Source of the DNA: an uncultured Candidatus Entotheonella sp.
GTDB lineage: Bacteria; Tectomicrobia; Entotheonellia; Entotheonellales; Entotheonellaceae
DNA: 64,000 nt
NCBI GenBank assembly: GCA_965215335.1
Contig: CBDCDA010000001.1
Span: 960,001 to 1,024,000, forward strand
Direction of reading: 5' to 3'
The translations under genes were made by a program, and so were the position numbers. The notes beneath the pieces were generated by a model. That model had not been told where the DNA came from, did no database searches, and worked only from the letters and a program-made list of their open reading frames with translations. Positions 50,802 through 62,114 of this stretch are shown here, piece after piece (the first letter of the stretch is position 1; every line of letters begins with the position of its first letter).

Positions 50802-51197
50802 GTAGGGCACGGGTACCAACTGGTCCGTTGCCTCCCTCAGGTCCGCCCGCCACATGGCCAATAGCTTCCGGGCAATCGGCCCCGGGCGACCGTCACCCAC
50901 CACCTGGCCATCCCACCGCACGACCGGCGCGACCTTGAGGGAACTGCCGAGCAGCAGAATCTCACGCGCCGCTTTCCATTCCTGTATCGGCACATTCTTC
51001 ACGGCGATGCCGCTCAAGTCCCCAAGTACCAGCGCGTTGGGCAGGTAGTTGGTCGACTTCACCCGGGCGAAACCCGGCGGCTTGACGGGCACCGTGCTGG
51101 TCACCAGATCGACACCCTCGGTGCAGAAATGCTCCGGCGCGAAAGGCAGTGGAATGCGCGCCATTTCCGCTGAGCGCAGCAGGCGTTCGAGGTGCGG
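50802..51197 (-). pseudogene. Internally deleted class IV aminotransferase remnant
   Basis: PHLERLLRSA...RVKSTNYLPN...LLGSS...VRWDGQVVGDGRPGP in ~130 aa; no N-terminus, and no EG-x3-N or IL-x-G-x-T motifs. Confidence 0.75.
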
Positions 51198-51354
51198 AAC
51201 CCGTCCAGACGGTGGCGATGACGTCGTTTGACCGTGCGGAGCGAGGCGGCTATGATAAGGGCTGCTTCAACGCCGGCGCCTCAAACCGTGGCTCGACCCC
51301 TCGTCCAGCCACCGCAAACCGCACGACAGGCCGCAACGCGCGAGGTTCTCCCCC

Positions 51355-52347
51355 ATGTCTCAGGTGTGCATCCGTGGCGTCGGCAGCTACCTGCCGGCGG
51401 CCCGCCTGACCAACGCCGACATCGCCGGGCGGTTTGGTATCACGGATGAGTACATCGTCAGACTCACCGGTATCCGTGAACGGCGCCGCGCCGCGCCCGA
51501 TGAGGCCACCTCCGACATGGCCGTCAAGGCAGCCCGGGCGGCATTGATGGATGCCGGGCTGGCGCACGACGCCGTCGAGTGCGTCATCGTCGCAACCGCC
51601 TCGCCGGACCACATCACCCCCTCGACGGCCAATCTGGTACAGGAAGCGCTGCACCTGCCGACGGTGCCGGCGTACGACCTCAACGCCGGCTGCACGGGCT
51701 CCCTCTACGCCCTGATCACCGCCACCGGACTGGCGCGTGCCGGCGTTTGCGGCACGGCCTTGGTCATCGGCGCCGAGCTGGTGTCGCGCATGGTGGATGA
51801 CGACGACCAGGAGACCGCCCTGGTTTTCGGCGACGGCGCCGGTGCCCTGGTTGTCCAGGCCGGTGCGGGCGGGCGCGGCGACCTGCGCATGCTGGCGCAT
51901 TGTTGGGGCAGCGACGGCAGCATGTCGGGCGTCATCAAGGTGGCGGCAGGGGGGTCGCGGCATCCGGCCAGTCACCAGACCATCGCCACCGGCGAACATT
52001 TTCTGCGCATGCACGGCGGGCGCGTCTTCCGCTTCGCCGTGCGCGCCCTGACCAGCCTGGTGCATGACGTTCTGGAACGCGCCGGCCGCACGCTGGCCGA
52101 TCTGCGGTTGCTGATTCCGCACCAGGCGAATTGGCGTATCATCGAGGCGGCGGCGAAAAAACTGCCCCTGGATATGGCCAACGTCATGGTCAACATCGAT
52201 CGGTATGGAAATATGTCGGCCGCCTCCGTCATCGTGGCCCTGCAGGAGGCGCGCCTGCAGGGGCGTCTGCAAGCGGGCGACACCGTCGTCATGGCCTCGT
52301 TCGGGGCCGGGCTGACGTGGGCGGCGGTGGCCTTGGAAGTGGTATAG
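51355..52347 (+). CDS. fabH: 3-oxoacyl-ACP synthase III
   Basis: TGIRERR, AGCTG, FGDGAGA, PHQAN, GNMSAAS, FGAGLTW. Confidence 0.92.
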   Translation: MSQVCIRGVGSYLPAARLTNADIAGRFGITDEYIVRLTGIRERRRAAPDEATSDMAVKAARAALMDAGLAHDAVECVIVATASPDHITPSTANLVQEALHLPTVPAYDLNAGCTGSLYALITATGLARAGVCGTALVIGAELVSRMVDDDDQETALVFGDGAGALVVQAGAGGRGDLRMLAHCWGSDGSMSGVIKVAAGGSRHPASHQTIATGEHFLRMHGGRVFRFAVRALTSLVHDVLERAGRTLADLRLLIPHQANWRIIEAAAKKLPLDMANVMVNIDRYGNMSAASVIVALQEARLQGRLQAGDTVVMASFGAGLTWAAVALEVV

Positions 52348-52379
52348 AGGCGGCGGCTCGCCGCCAGGAGGCGAACAAC

Positions 52380-54229
<1,850 letters not shown>

Positions 54230-54320
54230 ACCGTCCTGCGCGCATGCGAAGAATGGCGGATGACGCGCTGCCCGGCGCGTCGAAAGCAGGAAGAATGAGG
54301 CCCCCGGCGGCTGGGGCGCA

Positions 54321-54404
54321 TGCCGGAGGTCGGACTCGAACCGACACGAGGTCGCCCTCACGGGATTTTGAGTCCCGCGCGTCTACCAATTTCACCACTC
54401 CGGC
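54321..54404 (-). tRNA. tRNA-Leu(CAA)
   Basis: GCCGGAGTGGTGAAATTGGTAGACG...CGGGA-CTCAAAA-TCCCG, long variable arm, GGTTCGAGTCC. Confidence 0.95.
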
Positions 54405-54422
54405 AAGGGCTGCAAGGCGGAA

Positions 54423-54451
54423 ACCTTAGTACGGAACCCGGAGGCTGTCAA
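54423..54451 (-). promoter_or_regulatory. Sigma70-type promoter for tRNA-Leu
   Basis: TTGACA-17 nt-TAAGGT, ending 18 nt before the tRNA. Confidence 0.65.
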
Positions 54452-54462
54452 GCGAGCCGTCA

Positions 54463-55101
54463 ATGGACGTTTACCCCATTTTCCTCACTGATCTGCAGTC
54501 ACGGCGCTGCGTCGTCATCGGCGGCGACGCCGAGGCCGAACGCAAGGTGGCAGGCTTGCTGGCAGTCAACGCAGCCGTGACCGTCATCAGCGAAACCCTC
54601 ACCGACGAGCTGACCCTGTGGGCCGACGAACACCGCATCTCCTGGCTGCCCCGTGCCTGTCAGCCGGGCGACCTGCGGGACGCCTGGCTGGCTGTCGCCA
54701 CCACCCGCGACAGCGCCCTGGCCGCCCGCCTCAAGGACGAGGCGGAGAAACACGGCGTTTTGCTGAACGTCGTGGACGACGTGCCCCACAGCAGCTTCGT
54801 GGCAGGCGCCATGATGCGCCGCGGGCCACTCGCCATTGCCGTTTCGACCAGCGGCTGCTCGCCGGCCCTGGCCACCAGGATACGGCAGCAACTGGAACAG
54901 ACGTTCGGCCCGGAATACGCCGACTTTCTCGACCTGCTCGGCGACCTGCGGCAGCCCGTGGCAGCGCGTCACCCCGGCTTTGCGGCGAGAAAGGCGCTCT
55001 GGGCACGACTGCTGGACTCCGACGTACTCGACCTGCTGCGGAAGGGTCGACCCGCCCAGGCACGCCGTCTGGCATCCGGCCTGGCCGGGCTGGTGGAGTA
55101 A
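54463..55101 (+). CDS. Precorrin-2 dehydrogenase / sirohydrochlorin ferrochelatase (CysG N-terminal type)
   Basis: YPIFL, VIGG...AERK, LNVVD-x-P, IAVSTSGCSPALA. Confidence 0.88.
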   Translation: MDVYPIFLTDLQSRRCVVIGGDAEAERKVAGLLAVNAAVTVISETLTDELTLWADEHRISWLPRACQPGDLRDAWLAVATTRDSALAARLKDEAEKHGVLLNVVDDVPHSSFVAGAMMRRGPLAIAVSTSGCSPALATRIRQQLEQTFGPEYADFLDLLGDLRQPVAARHPGFAARKALWARLLDSDVLDLLRKGRPAQARRLASGLAGLVE

Positions 55102-55240
55102 CAACAGCAGATTTCCATGCCGACCGTCCGTAAAGACCGCTCGGGAAGTCACCTCGAACTGCCGCGCAGGGCTTGCCGCCCCCTCCCTCAGAACCACTGT
55201 CGCCGGGGCAGCATGCGGAATTCCGCGGCAAAGGATGGCC

Positions 55241-56149
55241 ATGCAGCTTGAACTCGCAAGTGCGGGTTTCGGGGCTGGCGCGGTGTCGCCGTTCCGCGAG
55301 ATGGGCGCGTATGAGGCCCTGTGGTCGGTACCCGGCACGACGTTCCAGTCGCTGGCGACGCGCTTTGCCAGGCGGCCCGGCAGCGTGCCGTCGGATTTCG
55401 TGCCGCGCAGCGAGGCGGCAGCCTGCGCGGCTTTCGTGAAGCGGCGCTTCGCCGCCGCCGGGGTGGAACGCTTCGGGGTGCGGCTGCACGGCGCCGGGGA
55501 GTACCCGCAGCAGCTGCGCGACGCGGCTCATCCGGTGGAGCTGCTCTATTACCAGGGCTGGTGGGACCTGACGGCGTCGCCGTCGGTGGCGGTGGTAGGC
55601 ACCCGCAGGCCATCGCCGCAGGGCCTGGCGCGCACCCGCCGCCTGGTGCGGGCGCTGGTGGCGGACGGCTACACCGTGGTGTCGGGCCTGGCGGCGGGGA
55701 CCGACCGCATGGCGCACGAGACGACCATCCAGGCCGGGGGCCGGACGATCGCGGTGATCGGCACGCCCCTGTCGCATGCCTATCCACGCGAGAACCGCGA
55801 GCTGCAACGGCAGCTCGCGGCGCAGTTCCTGGTCATCAGCCAGGTGCCGCTGAAGCGCTACGAAGCGCAGGACTACCACCGTAACCGCCGCTTCTTCCCG
55901 GCGCGCAACGTCACCATGTCGGCGCTCACCGAGGCGACCATCATCGTCGAGGCGGGCGCGACCTCGGGCACGCTGATTCAGGGACGCGCGGCCCTGCGGC
56001 AGGGCCGCAAGCTGTTTCTCCTCGACAACTGCTTCCGCGACCCCGCCATCGCCTGGCCGGCGCGGTTCGTCGAGCAGGGCGCGGTGAGGGTCAGGACCTA
56101 CGATGACATCCGAGAGCAGCTTTCCGCAGCGCCTCACCGAGATCGATGA
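55241..56149 (+). CDS. DprA/Smf-family protein (ShosA-like)
   Basis: YPQQL, VAVVGTR, VVSGLAAGTD, TIAVIGT, FFPARN, IVEA...SGTL; atypical N-terminus SPFREMGAYEALW. Confidence 0.88.
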   Translation: MQLELASAGFGAGAVSPFREMGAYEALWSVPGTTFQSLATRFARRPGSVPSDFVPRSEAAACAAFVKRRFAAAGVERFGVRLHGAGEYPQQLRDAAHPVELLYYQGWWDLTASPSVAVVGTRRPSPQGLARTRRLVRALVADGYTVVSGLAAGTDRMAHETTIQAGGRTIAVIGTPLSHAYPRENRELQRQLAAQFLVISQVPLKRYEAQDYHRNRRFFPARNVTMSALTEATIIVEAGATSGTLIQGRAALRQGRKLFLLDNCFRDPAIAWPARFVEQGAVRVRTYDDIREQLSAAPHRDR

Positions 56150-56795
56150 CCTGACGCGCCCGGACCACCGGTACCTGGTCGCGTCGGACATCTGCCATTT
56201 CATCGGCGAGTACACGGCGCGCCGGGGCTTTGCCTGCAGCGCCACGAACAGCCTGATCCTGGACTTCAAGAAGCCGGTGGACCGATCCGGGCTGCCGGAA
56301 TGGCGCTACAAGGAAGAAGCGGTCGCCACGGCTGCGGCGGTGTTCCGGCGGGCGGTACACCCGGACGTTCTCAATCGCCTGGTGTTCGTGCCGGTGCCGC
56401 CGTCGAAGGCGCGCGAAGACGCGCGCTATGATGACCGCCTGGTGCGGATGCTGCAGGCGGTGCGGCCACAGCGGCCGCTGGACGTGCGGGAATTGATCGT
56501 GCAGACGCACAGCACGGAAGCGGCGCACCTCCGGGCGGTGCGTCCGAAACCGGAGGAGATCGCGGCATCGTACCGCATCGACCCGGCGCTGGCGGCGCCA
56601 GCGCCGGGAGTGGTGGCGATCGTCGACGACCTGCTGACGACGGGGGCACATTTCCGGGCTGCGGCAACGGTGTTGTCGGCGCGCTTCCCGGACATTGACG
56701 TGGTCGGGCTGTTCATTGCCCGACGGGTGCCGGGCACCACGGAGCCGGAGGCGCTGGATGAGGCTGCAAGCTCCCTCGCCGGGAGACGGGCATGA
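56103..56795 (+). CDS. Phosphoribosyltransferase-fold protein (ShosT/ComF-like)
   Basis: VPVPPSK and PRPP-binding loop AIVDDLLTTGAH; overlaps dprA by 47 bp. Confidence 0.8.
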   Translation: MTSESSFPQRLTEIDDLTRPDHRYLVASDICHFIGEYTARRGFACSATNSLILDFKKPVDRSGLPEWRYKEEAVATAAAVFRRAVHPDVLNRLVFVPVPPSKAREDARYDDRLVRMLQAVRPQRPLDVRELIVQTHSTEAAHLRAVRPKPEEIAASYRIDPALAAPAPGVVAIVDDLLTTGAHFRAAATVLSARFPDIDVVGLFIARRVPGTTEPEALDEAASSLAGRRA

Positions 56796-57562
56796 GAGGC
56801 GCAAGGGGACGGCGGGACGGCAGCCGGCGGCGCGGCGTCGCCTGCCTGGGCGCCGTGTTTCTGGCGGTGGGTCTCGGCAGCGGCGCTGCCGAGACCTGGC
56901 ATGGCCTGGTGGTGGCGCCGGAGCAACGCTGCTCGCCGTATGACAGGCAGCGGGATTATCCGTACCCGCAATCCATCGAGCGCGACATCGTGCGGCGCCT
57001 CGGAGCGGTGTACGGCCCGTACACCGGCACCTGCTTCGCCTCGCGGCGCGAGACGGACATCGAGCACATCGTGGCGGCGAGCGAGGCGCATGACTCGGGC
57101 CTGTGCGCCAGGGATCGGGCGACGCGGGCGCGCTTCGCCTCGGACCTGCGCAACCTGACGCTGGCAGCGCCGCGCGTGAACCGCCACCAGAAAGGCGGCA
57201 AGGACGCCGCCGAGTGGCTGCCGGCGCGCAACCGGTGCTGGTTTGCAGCGACCGTGGTAGCCATGCGGCGCGCCTACGGGCTGACCATCGACCGACGCGA
57301 GGCGGCGGCGCTGGAGCGGGTTCTCGGCGGCTGCGAGAACGTCGAAATGGAGCCGCTGGTGTGCCATGCGGCACCGGGGGGTGGCCACCGTCCGGGGGCG
57401 AGCCCGGACGCCGGCATGGCGCTGGCGCGCCATGACGACAACGGCGACGGGCGGATCACCTGCCGGGAGGCGCGGCGGCATGGGATTGCGCCGGTGTACG
57501 CCGGCGATCCGGCGTACCGGCATATGCGTGATGGTGACGGGGACGGGGTGGTGTGCGAGTGA
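56792..57562 (+). CDS. Secreted HNH (DUF1524-like) nuclease with C-terminal Excalibur/EF-hand-like Ca-binding motifs
   Basis: Signal peptide; DIEHIV...EAHDSG...FASDLRNL...N-x3-K-x2-KD-x2-EWLP; DDNGDG and DGDGDGVVCE; ATGA-coupled. Confidence 0.8.
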   Translation: MRGARGRRDGSRRRGVACLGAVFLAVGLGSGAAETWHGLVVAPEQRCSPYDRQRDYPYPQSIERDIVRRLGAVYGPYTGTCFASRRETDIEHIVAASEAHDSGLCARDRATRARFASDLRNLTLAAPRVNRHQKGGKDAAEWLPARNRCWFAATVVAMRRAYGLTIDRREAAALERVLGGCENVEMEPLVCHAAPGGGHRPGASPDAGMALARHDDNGDGRITCREARRHGIAPVYAGDPAYRHMRDGDGDGVVCE

Positions 57563-57567
57563 GAGAG

Positions 57568-58974
57568 ATGGTCTCCCTTCCGGTCTGGGTCGCGATAGTC
57601 GCCGGCGCGCTTTCACTTTGGGCAGTTCTCGACCGCCTGATTGTTCCAGGCACGCGCTGGTTTTTCAGACAGCGTGCCGGTCGTATGATCAACGAACTCA
57701 ATACCCGCTTGCAACTGCAGATACCCCTTTTCCAACAGACAAGACGACGCGTTCTCATTGATCGACTGACGTACGATCCCAGGGTGATGGAGTCGGTCGA
57801 GACCGAGGCGCGAAAGTCTGGCGCGCCGCGGGAAGTTCTGGTCCGCGAAGTCGAACGCTATGCGCGTGAGATCGTCCCGTCGTTCAACGTCTACGTCTAT
57901 TTCCGCATCGGCTATTACCTGGCACGACGCATTCTGCAATTTCTCTATCGCGTCCGCCTGGGCTATGCCGACGACGCAGCGCTGGCCAGAATCGAGCCCA
58001 ACGCGAGCGTCGTTTTTCTGATGAATCACCGCAGCAATATGGACTACATCATCGTTGCCTACATGGCCGCGAATCGCTCCGCCTTGAGCTATGCAGTGGG
58101 CGAATGGGCGCGTACCTGGCCCCTTCAGTCCCTGATCAAATCTCTCGGCGGTTTCTTCGTGCGCCGAGAATCAGACGATCCCCTCTACCGCCGGGTGTTG
58201 GCTCGCTACGTACAGATGGCAACGGCAGGCGGTGTCGTGCAGGCGTTCTATCCCGAGGGCCGCTTCACCCGCGACGGGCATCTCCGAAAGCCGCGGCTCG
58301 GCCTCATCAGCTACATGGTCTCGGCGTTCGACCCCGAGGGCGAACGCGACCTCGTGTTCATCCCGGTGGGTATCAACTACGACCGCGTGCTGGAGGACCG
58401 CACCCTGGTGCGCGAACTCGACCCGCAAGCCAGCCCGCGCAGCAAGACATACACGGTCGTGACCTTTCTCGGGTTCCTCGGCCACAACGTGCGACTCTTG
58501 CTGCAACGACGCTGGTATCGCTTCGGCTACGCCTGCGTCAGCTTCGGAACGCCGATTTCCATGCGCTCATATACCGACCGCGCCAAGATCGATTTCCGCC
58601 TTCTGGACCCGAAAGCTCGCTTTGAAGCCGTAGAGCGGCTTGGCGACGAGTTGTTCGACGCCATCGCCACGACCATCCCGGTCCTGCCGGTGCCACTCAT
58701 CGCCACCGTGTTTCTGCGCCATCCCCAGACGGCGATGAGCGAGCTCGAGATCAAGGCGCGAGCCCATGCCCTCATCAACGACCTCGAACAGCGCGGGGCG
58801 TACGTCCATATCCCGAGGGCGGACCGTGACTACGCCACCACGGTGGGGCTGCGGATGCTGGTGCTGCGACACCTGGTGCAGGAATCGAACGGGCTCTACC
58901 GGGCGTGCGACACCGAGCACGACATGCTGCGCTATTACGCCAACTCGATAGCGTACTTCCTGTCCAAACCGTGA
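57568..58974 (+). CDS. Glycerol-3-phosphate acyltransferase (PlsB-like)
   Basis: NHRSNMDY (HX4D), GGFFVRR, FYPEGRFTRDG, PVGINYD. Confidence 0.85.
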   Translation: MVSLPVWVAIVAGALSLWAVLDRLIVPGTRWFFRQRAGRMINELNTRLQLQIPLFQQTRRRVLIDRLTYDPRVMESVETEARKSGAPREVLVREVERYAREIVPSFNVYVYFRIGYYLARRILQFLYRVRLGYADDAALARIEPNASVVFLMNHRSNMDYIIVAYMAANRSALSYAVGEWARTWPLQSLIKSLGGFFVRRESDDPLYRRVLARYVQMATAGGVVQAFYPEGRFTRDGHLRKPRLGLISYMVSAFDPEGERDLVFIPVGINYDRVLEDRTLVRELDPQASPRSKTYTVVTFLGFLGHNVRLLLQRRWYRFGYACVSFGTPISMRSYTDRAKIDFRLLDPKARFEAVERLGDELFDAIATTIPVLPVPLIATVFLRHPQTAMSELEIKARAHALINDLEQRGAYVHIPRADRDYATTVGLRMLVLRHLVQESNGLYRACDTEHDMLRYYANSIAYFLSKP

Positions 58975-59065
58975 TGGCTCCGGGCGCCGCGCCCGGAGCT
59001 TCCCCTCTTTCGGTCGACCGGCAACCTGGCACCGGCACACCACAAGCCCGCAGCCCGTCCGAGCT

Positions 59066-59776
59066 CTATGTCAACGCCTCGGCCAACGCCGCCAGGTTCG
59101 ATACGACCAGGTCGGGCTGATACGGTGTCTCGCCATAGGGGCGGCCGCGACGATCGATAAATGCTGCCCGCATGCCATAGGCCTTGGCACCAATGCAGTC
59201 GAAGGTGTGACTGGCGACGTGCATGATGCTCGTCCGCGCCTCTCCGATCAACTCTTCAGCCTTCTGATACGTCTTGTAATGGGGCTTGAAGTACCCCGCT
59301 TCTTCAACCGAAATCGTCCGGTCGAAATCGAAGCCGATCGACGGCTTCGCGTTTTCCAGCATGTCCCGGTCGCCGTTGGACAGAATCACGAGACGATAAC
59401 GGGTTCGGAGTCGGGACAGCGCGTCAGGAACGTCTGGAAAAGGCCGCAGTTGTTCGATCCGGGCGACCAGCCATCCCACCTCTTCCTGAGTATGGGCAAT
59501 ACCTGCTCGCGTCATCACGTGCGACACCGCCCGGTGGCCGATCTGCCGGTACGGCGTGTGCCCGCGGTCACACAACGCATCGATCATCGAATCCTCGTAA
59601 TGGGTGCGCCGCCACCAGGTGACAAAGCGGTGCGGCTCACCGTCCCAGCCTTTCTCGCGCAGAAAGGGTGTAACCGCATCGATCAGGCCCCGCTGCATAT
59701 CGACGACGGTACCGTACTGATCGAACATCAACACCTTGACCTCGCGCTTGAGCACGTCAATCGTCGCTGCTGTCAT
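59066..59776 (-). CDS. Haloacid dehalogenase, type II
   Basis: FDQYGTVVD, ILSNG, FKP, VASHTFD. Confidence 0.88.
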   Translation of the reverse strand: MTAATIDVLKREVKVLMFDQYGTVVDMQRGLIDAVTPFLREKGWDGEPHRFVTWWRRTHYEDSMIDALCDRGHTPYRQIGHRAVSHVMTRAGIAHTQEEVGWLVARIEQLRPFPDVPDALSRLRTRYRLVILSNGDRDMLENAKPSIGFDFDRTISVEEAGYFKPHYKTYQKAEELIGEARTSIMHVASHTFDCIGAKAYGMRAAFIDRRGRPYGETPYQPDLVVSNLAALAEALT

Positions 59777-59870
59777 TGCAATCGCTTCCTCCCGACAGAC
59801 TTGAGGTCCCCCCCCGTATTGCTGCCACGGTTATCTGGTCATGAGTCCTGCCCCCGGGTCGGCGTTGGCC

Positions 59871-62114
59871 TCATGGATTGGCGGCAGCTGCCGGCTCGAT
59901 GCGGACGGCGCACGCTTTATACGACGGTTGCCGCGAATACGGGTCAAAGGCGGCGAAGGTGAGCTGATTGGTCGCCGCGTCGTGCATGGGCATGAACACC
60001 TGCCCCGGCTGCACCACGTGGCTGACGAATGCCTTGGCTCGCACCTGACCGCGCTGCGAGCGCACGATGACCCAGGCGTTGGTGCGCAGACCCAGGGCGG
60101 CAGCGTCTTTGGGGCTCAACTCGACATACGGCACATTGGGATGCAGCTTGCGCAGCACGTGACTCTTGCCGGTTCGCGTCTGGGTGTGCCACTGGCTCGA
60201 AGTGCCTCGCCCGGTAAGCAGCGTCAACGGGTACGCGCGGCTGGTCGGTTCGGGCAGTGGGCGGGGCGCCTCGAACACGAAGCGCGCGCGCCCGTCGTCG
60301 GTGTAGAACCGGGCGTCTTCGAACAGCCGCCGCTCGCTGCCTGCCGCGACGCTTGCGCCTGCCGGCAGCGGCCATTGGATGCCGCGTTTGGCGTCCAGCA
60401 TGCGGTAGCCGTCGATGCCGCTGATGTCGCACGGCCTGCCTGCCGAGCACGCCCTGAGCAGCCGGAAGGCTGCCTCCGGTGATTCCCACTCGCGAAATAG
60501 GTCGCCACAACCCCACGCCTCGGCGATCAGCCTGAAGATGCGGAAGTCGCTCAGGGCCTGCCCCGGTGCCCTGGCCACCTGTTTGACGACCCCGAGACGG
60601 CGCTCGGAGTTGATGAACACACCCTCCTTTTCGCCCCAGCCGGCGGCGGGCAGCACAAGGTCGGCGAAAGCGGCGGTCTCGGTGCTGCGGTACATGTCCT
60701 GCACGACCAGGAAATCCAGCCGCTGCAGGATGTCGTGCGCGTCTGCCTGATTGATCCACGAGTGGGCGGTGTTCGTGGCAATGACCCACAACCCCCGGAT
60801 GCGGCCCTTCAGGATGCCCTCCATGATTTGATCATAGGCCCAGCTCGGCTCGCTGGGGATACGTGCCGCGTCGATGCCCAGGACGCCGGCTACCTTGTCG
60901 CGGTGCTGTGGGTCGGCGAAATCGTGGCCGCCCAGCAGGTTGGTGGTATTGCTGAACAGCCGCGAACCCATGGCGTTGCATTGGCCGGTAATGGAGTTGG
61001 CGCCGGTGCCGGGCTTGCCGATGTTGCCGGTCATCAGCGCCAGGTTGATGATCGCCTGCGCCGTGCGCACGCCCTCGTGGCTCTGGTTCACCCCCATCGT
61101 CCACCAGAACGACACCCGCTTGCCGTCGTGGATCGTGCGGGCCAGCGCCTCGATGTCGTCACCCGCCAAGCCGCAGCGCTCGGCGGCGACTTCCGGCGTG
61201 AACCCCTCAAGGTGCCCGCAAAACGCCTCGAAGTCGTTGGTATGGGCGTCGATGAAGGGCCGGTCGATCCATCCCTGGCGCACCAGCACGTGGGCGACGG
61301 CGTACAGCAGGACCAGGTCGGACTTGGGCCGTAGCGCCAGGTGCCGGGTGGCTGCCTGTGCCGTTTCGGTGCGCCGCGGGTCGATGACGACGATTTCCGG
61401 CTGGTGCGGGTTCCTGCACACGCGCTCCCACAGGATCGGATGGGCGATGCACGGGTTGGCGCCGATGAAGACCAGGACGTCCGATTCTTCGAGGTCCTTG
61501 TACGTGTAGGGGGGCGCGTCGAAGCCGAAGGCCTGCTTGTAGGCGACCACCGAGGTGGCCATGCACTGCCGGGTGTTGCCGTCGCCATGCAGCAGCCCCA
61601 TGCCGAACTTGCCGAGGGCACCGAGCAGGGCCATCTCCTCCATGGGAATCTGACCGGTGCCGAGGAAGGCGACGGACGCCTTGCCGTAGCGCGCCTGGAT
61701 GCCCTGCATGCGGCTCACGAAGGTCTCCAGGGCGGTCGGCCAGTCCACCGCCCGCAGCCGCCCGCCGGCGTCGCGCAGCATCGGCGAGGTGGCGCGGTCC
61801 GGGGCGCTCAACGGTGTCAGCGCCTCCCAACCCTTGGGGCAGGCCATGCCCAGGTTGACGGCGTACTGCGTGGTTGGCGACAGGTTCACCGGGCCGGCTT
61901 GGCCGTGCTGCAGATGCACGTCCAGGCCGCAGCCGACCGAGCAGAAGCCGCACACCAGCGTCGTGGTGGCGTCAGGTTGCAGGTGCCGCGGGACCTGCCC
62001 CAGGCCAAAGCCGCCGGGTGCCCGCAGCAGGGTGCGGGTCAGTGCGCCCTGCTTGTCGCGCACCAGCCGCCTGGCGCGCTCGATCACCGTCGCCGTTTTC
62101 CCCCGCTCGTGCAT
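59871..62114 (-). CDS. Molybdopterin oxidoreductase, NasA/NarB-like nitrate reductase catalytic subunit
   Basis: CGFCSVGC...[46 protein letters not shown]. Confidence 0.85.
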   Translation of the reverse strand: MHERGKTATVIERARRLVRDKQGALTRTLLRAPGGFGLGQVPRHLQPDATTTLVCGFCSVGCGLDVHLQHGQAGPVNLSPTTQYAVNLGMACPKGWEALTPLSAPDRATSPMLRDAGGRLRAVDWPTALETFVSRMQGIQARYGKASVAFLGTGQIPMEEMALLGALGKFGMGLLHGDGNTRQCMATSVVAYKQAFGFDAPPYTYKDLEESDVLVFIGANPCIAHPILWERVCRNPHQPEIVVIDPRRTETAQAATRHLALRPKSDLVLLYAVAHVLVRQGWIDRPFIDAHTNDFEAFCGHLEGFTPEVAAERCGLAGDDIEALARTIHDGKRVSFWWTMGVNQSHEGVRTAQAIINLALMTGNIGKPGTGANSITGQCNAMGSRLFSNTTNLLGGHDFADPQHRDKVAGVLGIDAARIPSEPSWAYDQIMEGILKGRIRGLWVIATNTAHSWINQADAHDILQRLDFLVVQDMYRSTETAAFADLVLPAAGWGEKEGVFINSERRLGVVKQVARAPGQALSDFRIFRLIAEAWGCGDLFREWESPEAAFRLLRACSAGRPCDISGIDGYRMLDAKRGIQWPLPAGASVAAGSERRLFEDARFYTDDGRARFVFEAPRPLPEPTSRAYPLTLLTGRGTSSQWHTQTRTGKSHVLRKLHPNVPYVELSPKDAAALGLRTNAWVIVRSQRGQVRAKAFVSHVVQPGQVFMPMHDAATNQLTFAAFDPYSRQPSYKACAVRIEPAAAANP

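Noticed and set aside
56103..56795. Canonical comF
   Set aside because: No N-terminal Zn-ribbon cysteines; only the PRTase loop is shared.
59808..59815. Intergenic C8 run upstream of the HAD gene as a phase-variation switch
   Set aside because: No recognisable promoter around it; such runs are expected at high GC.
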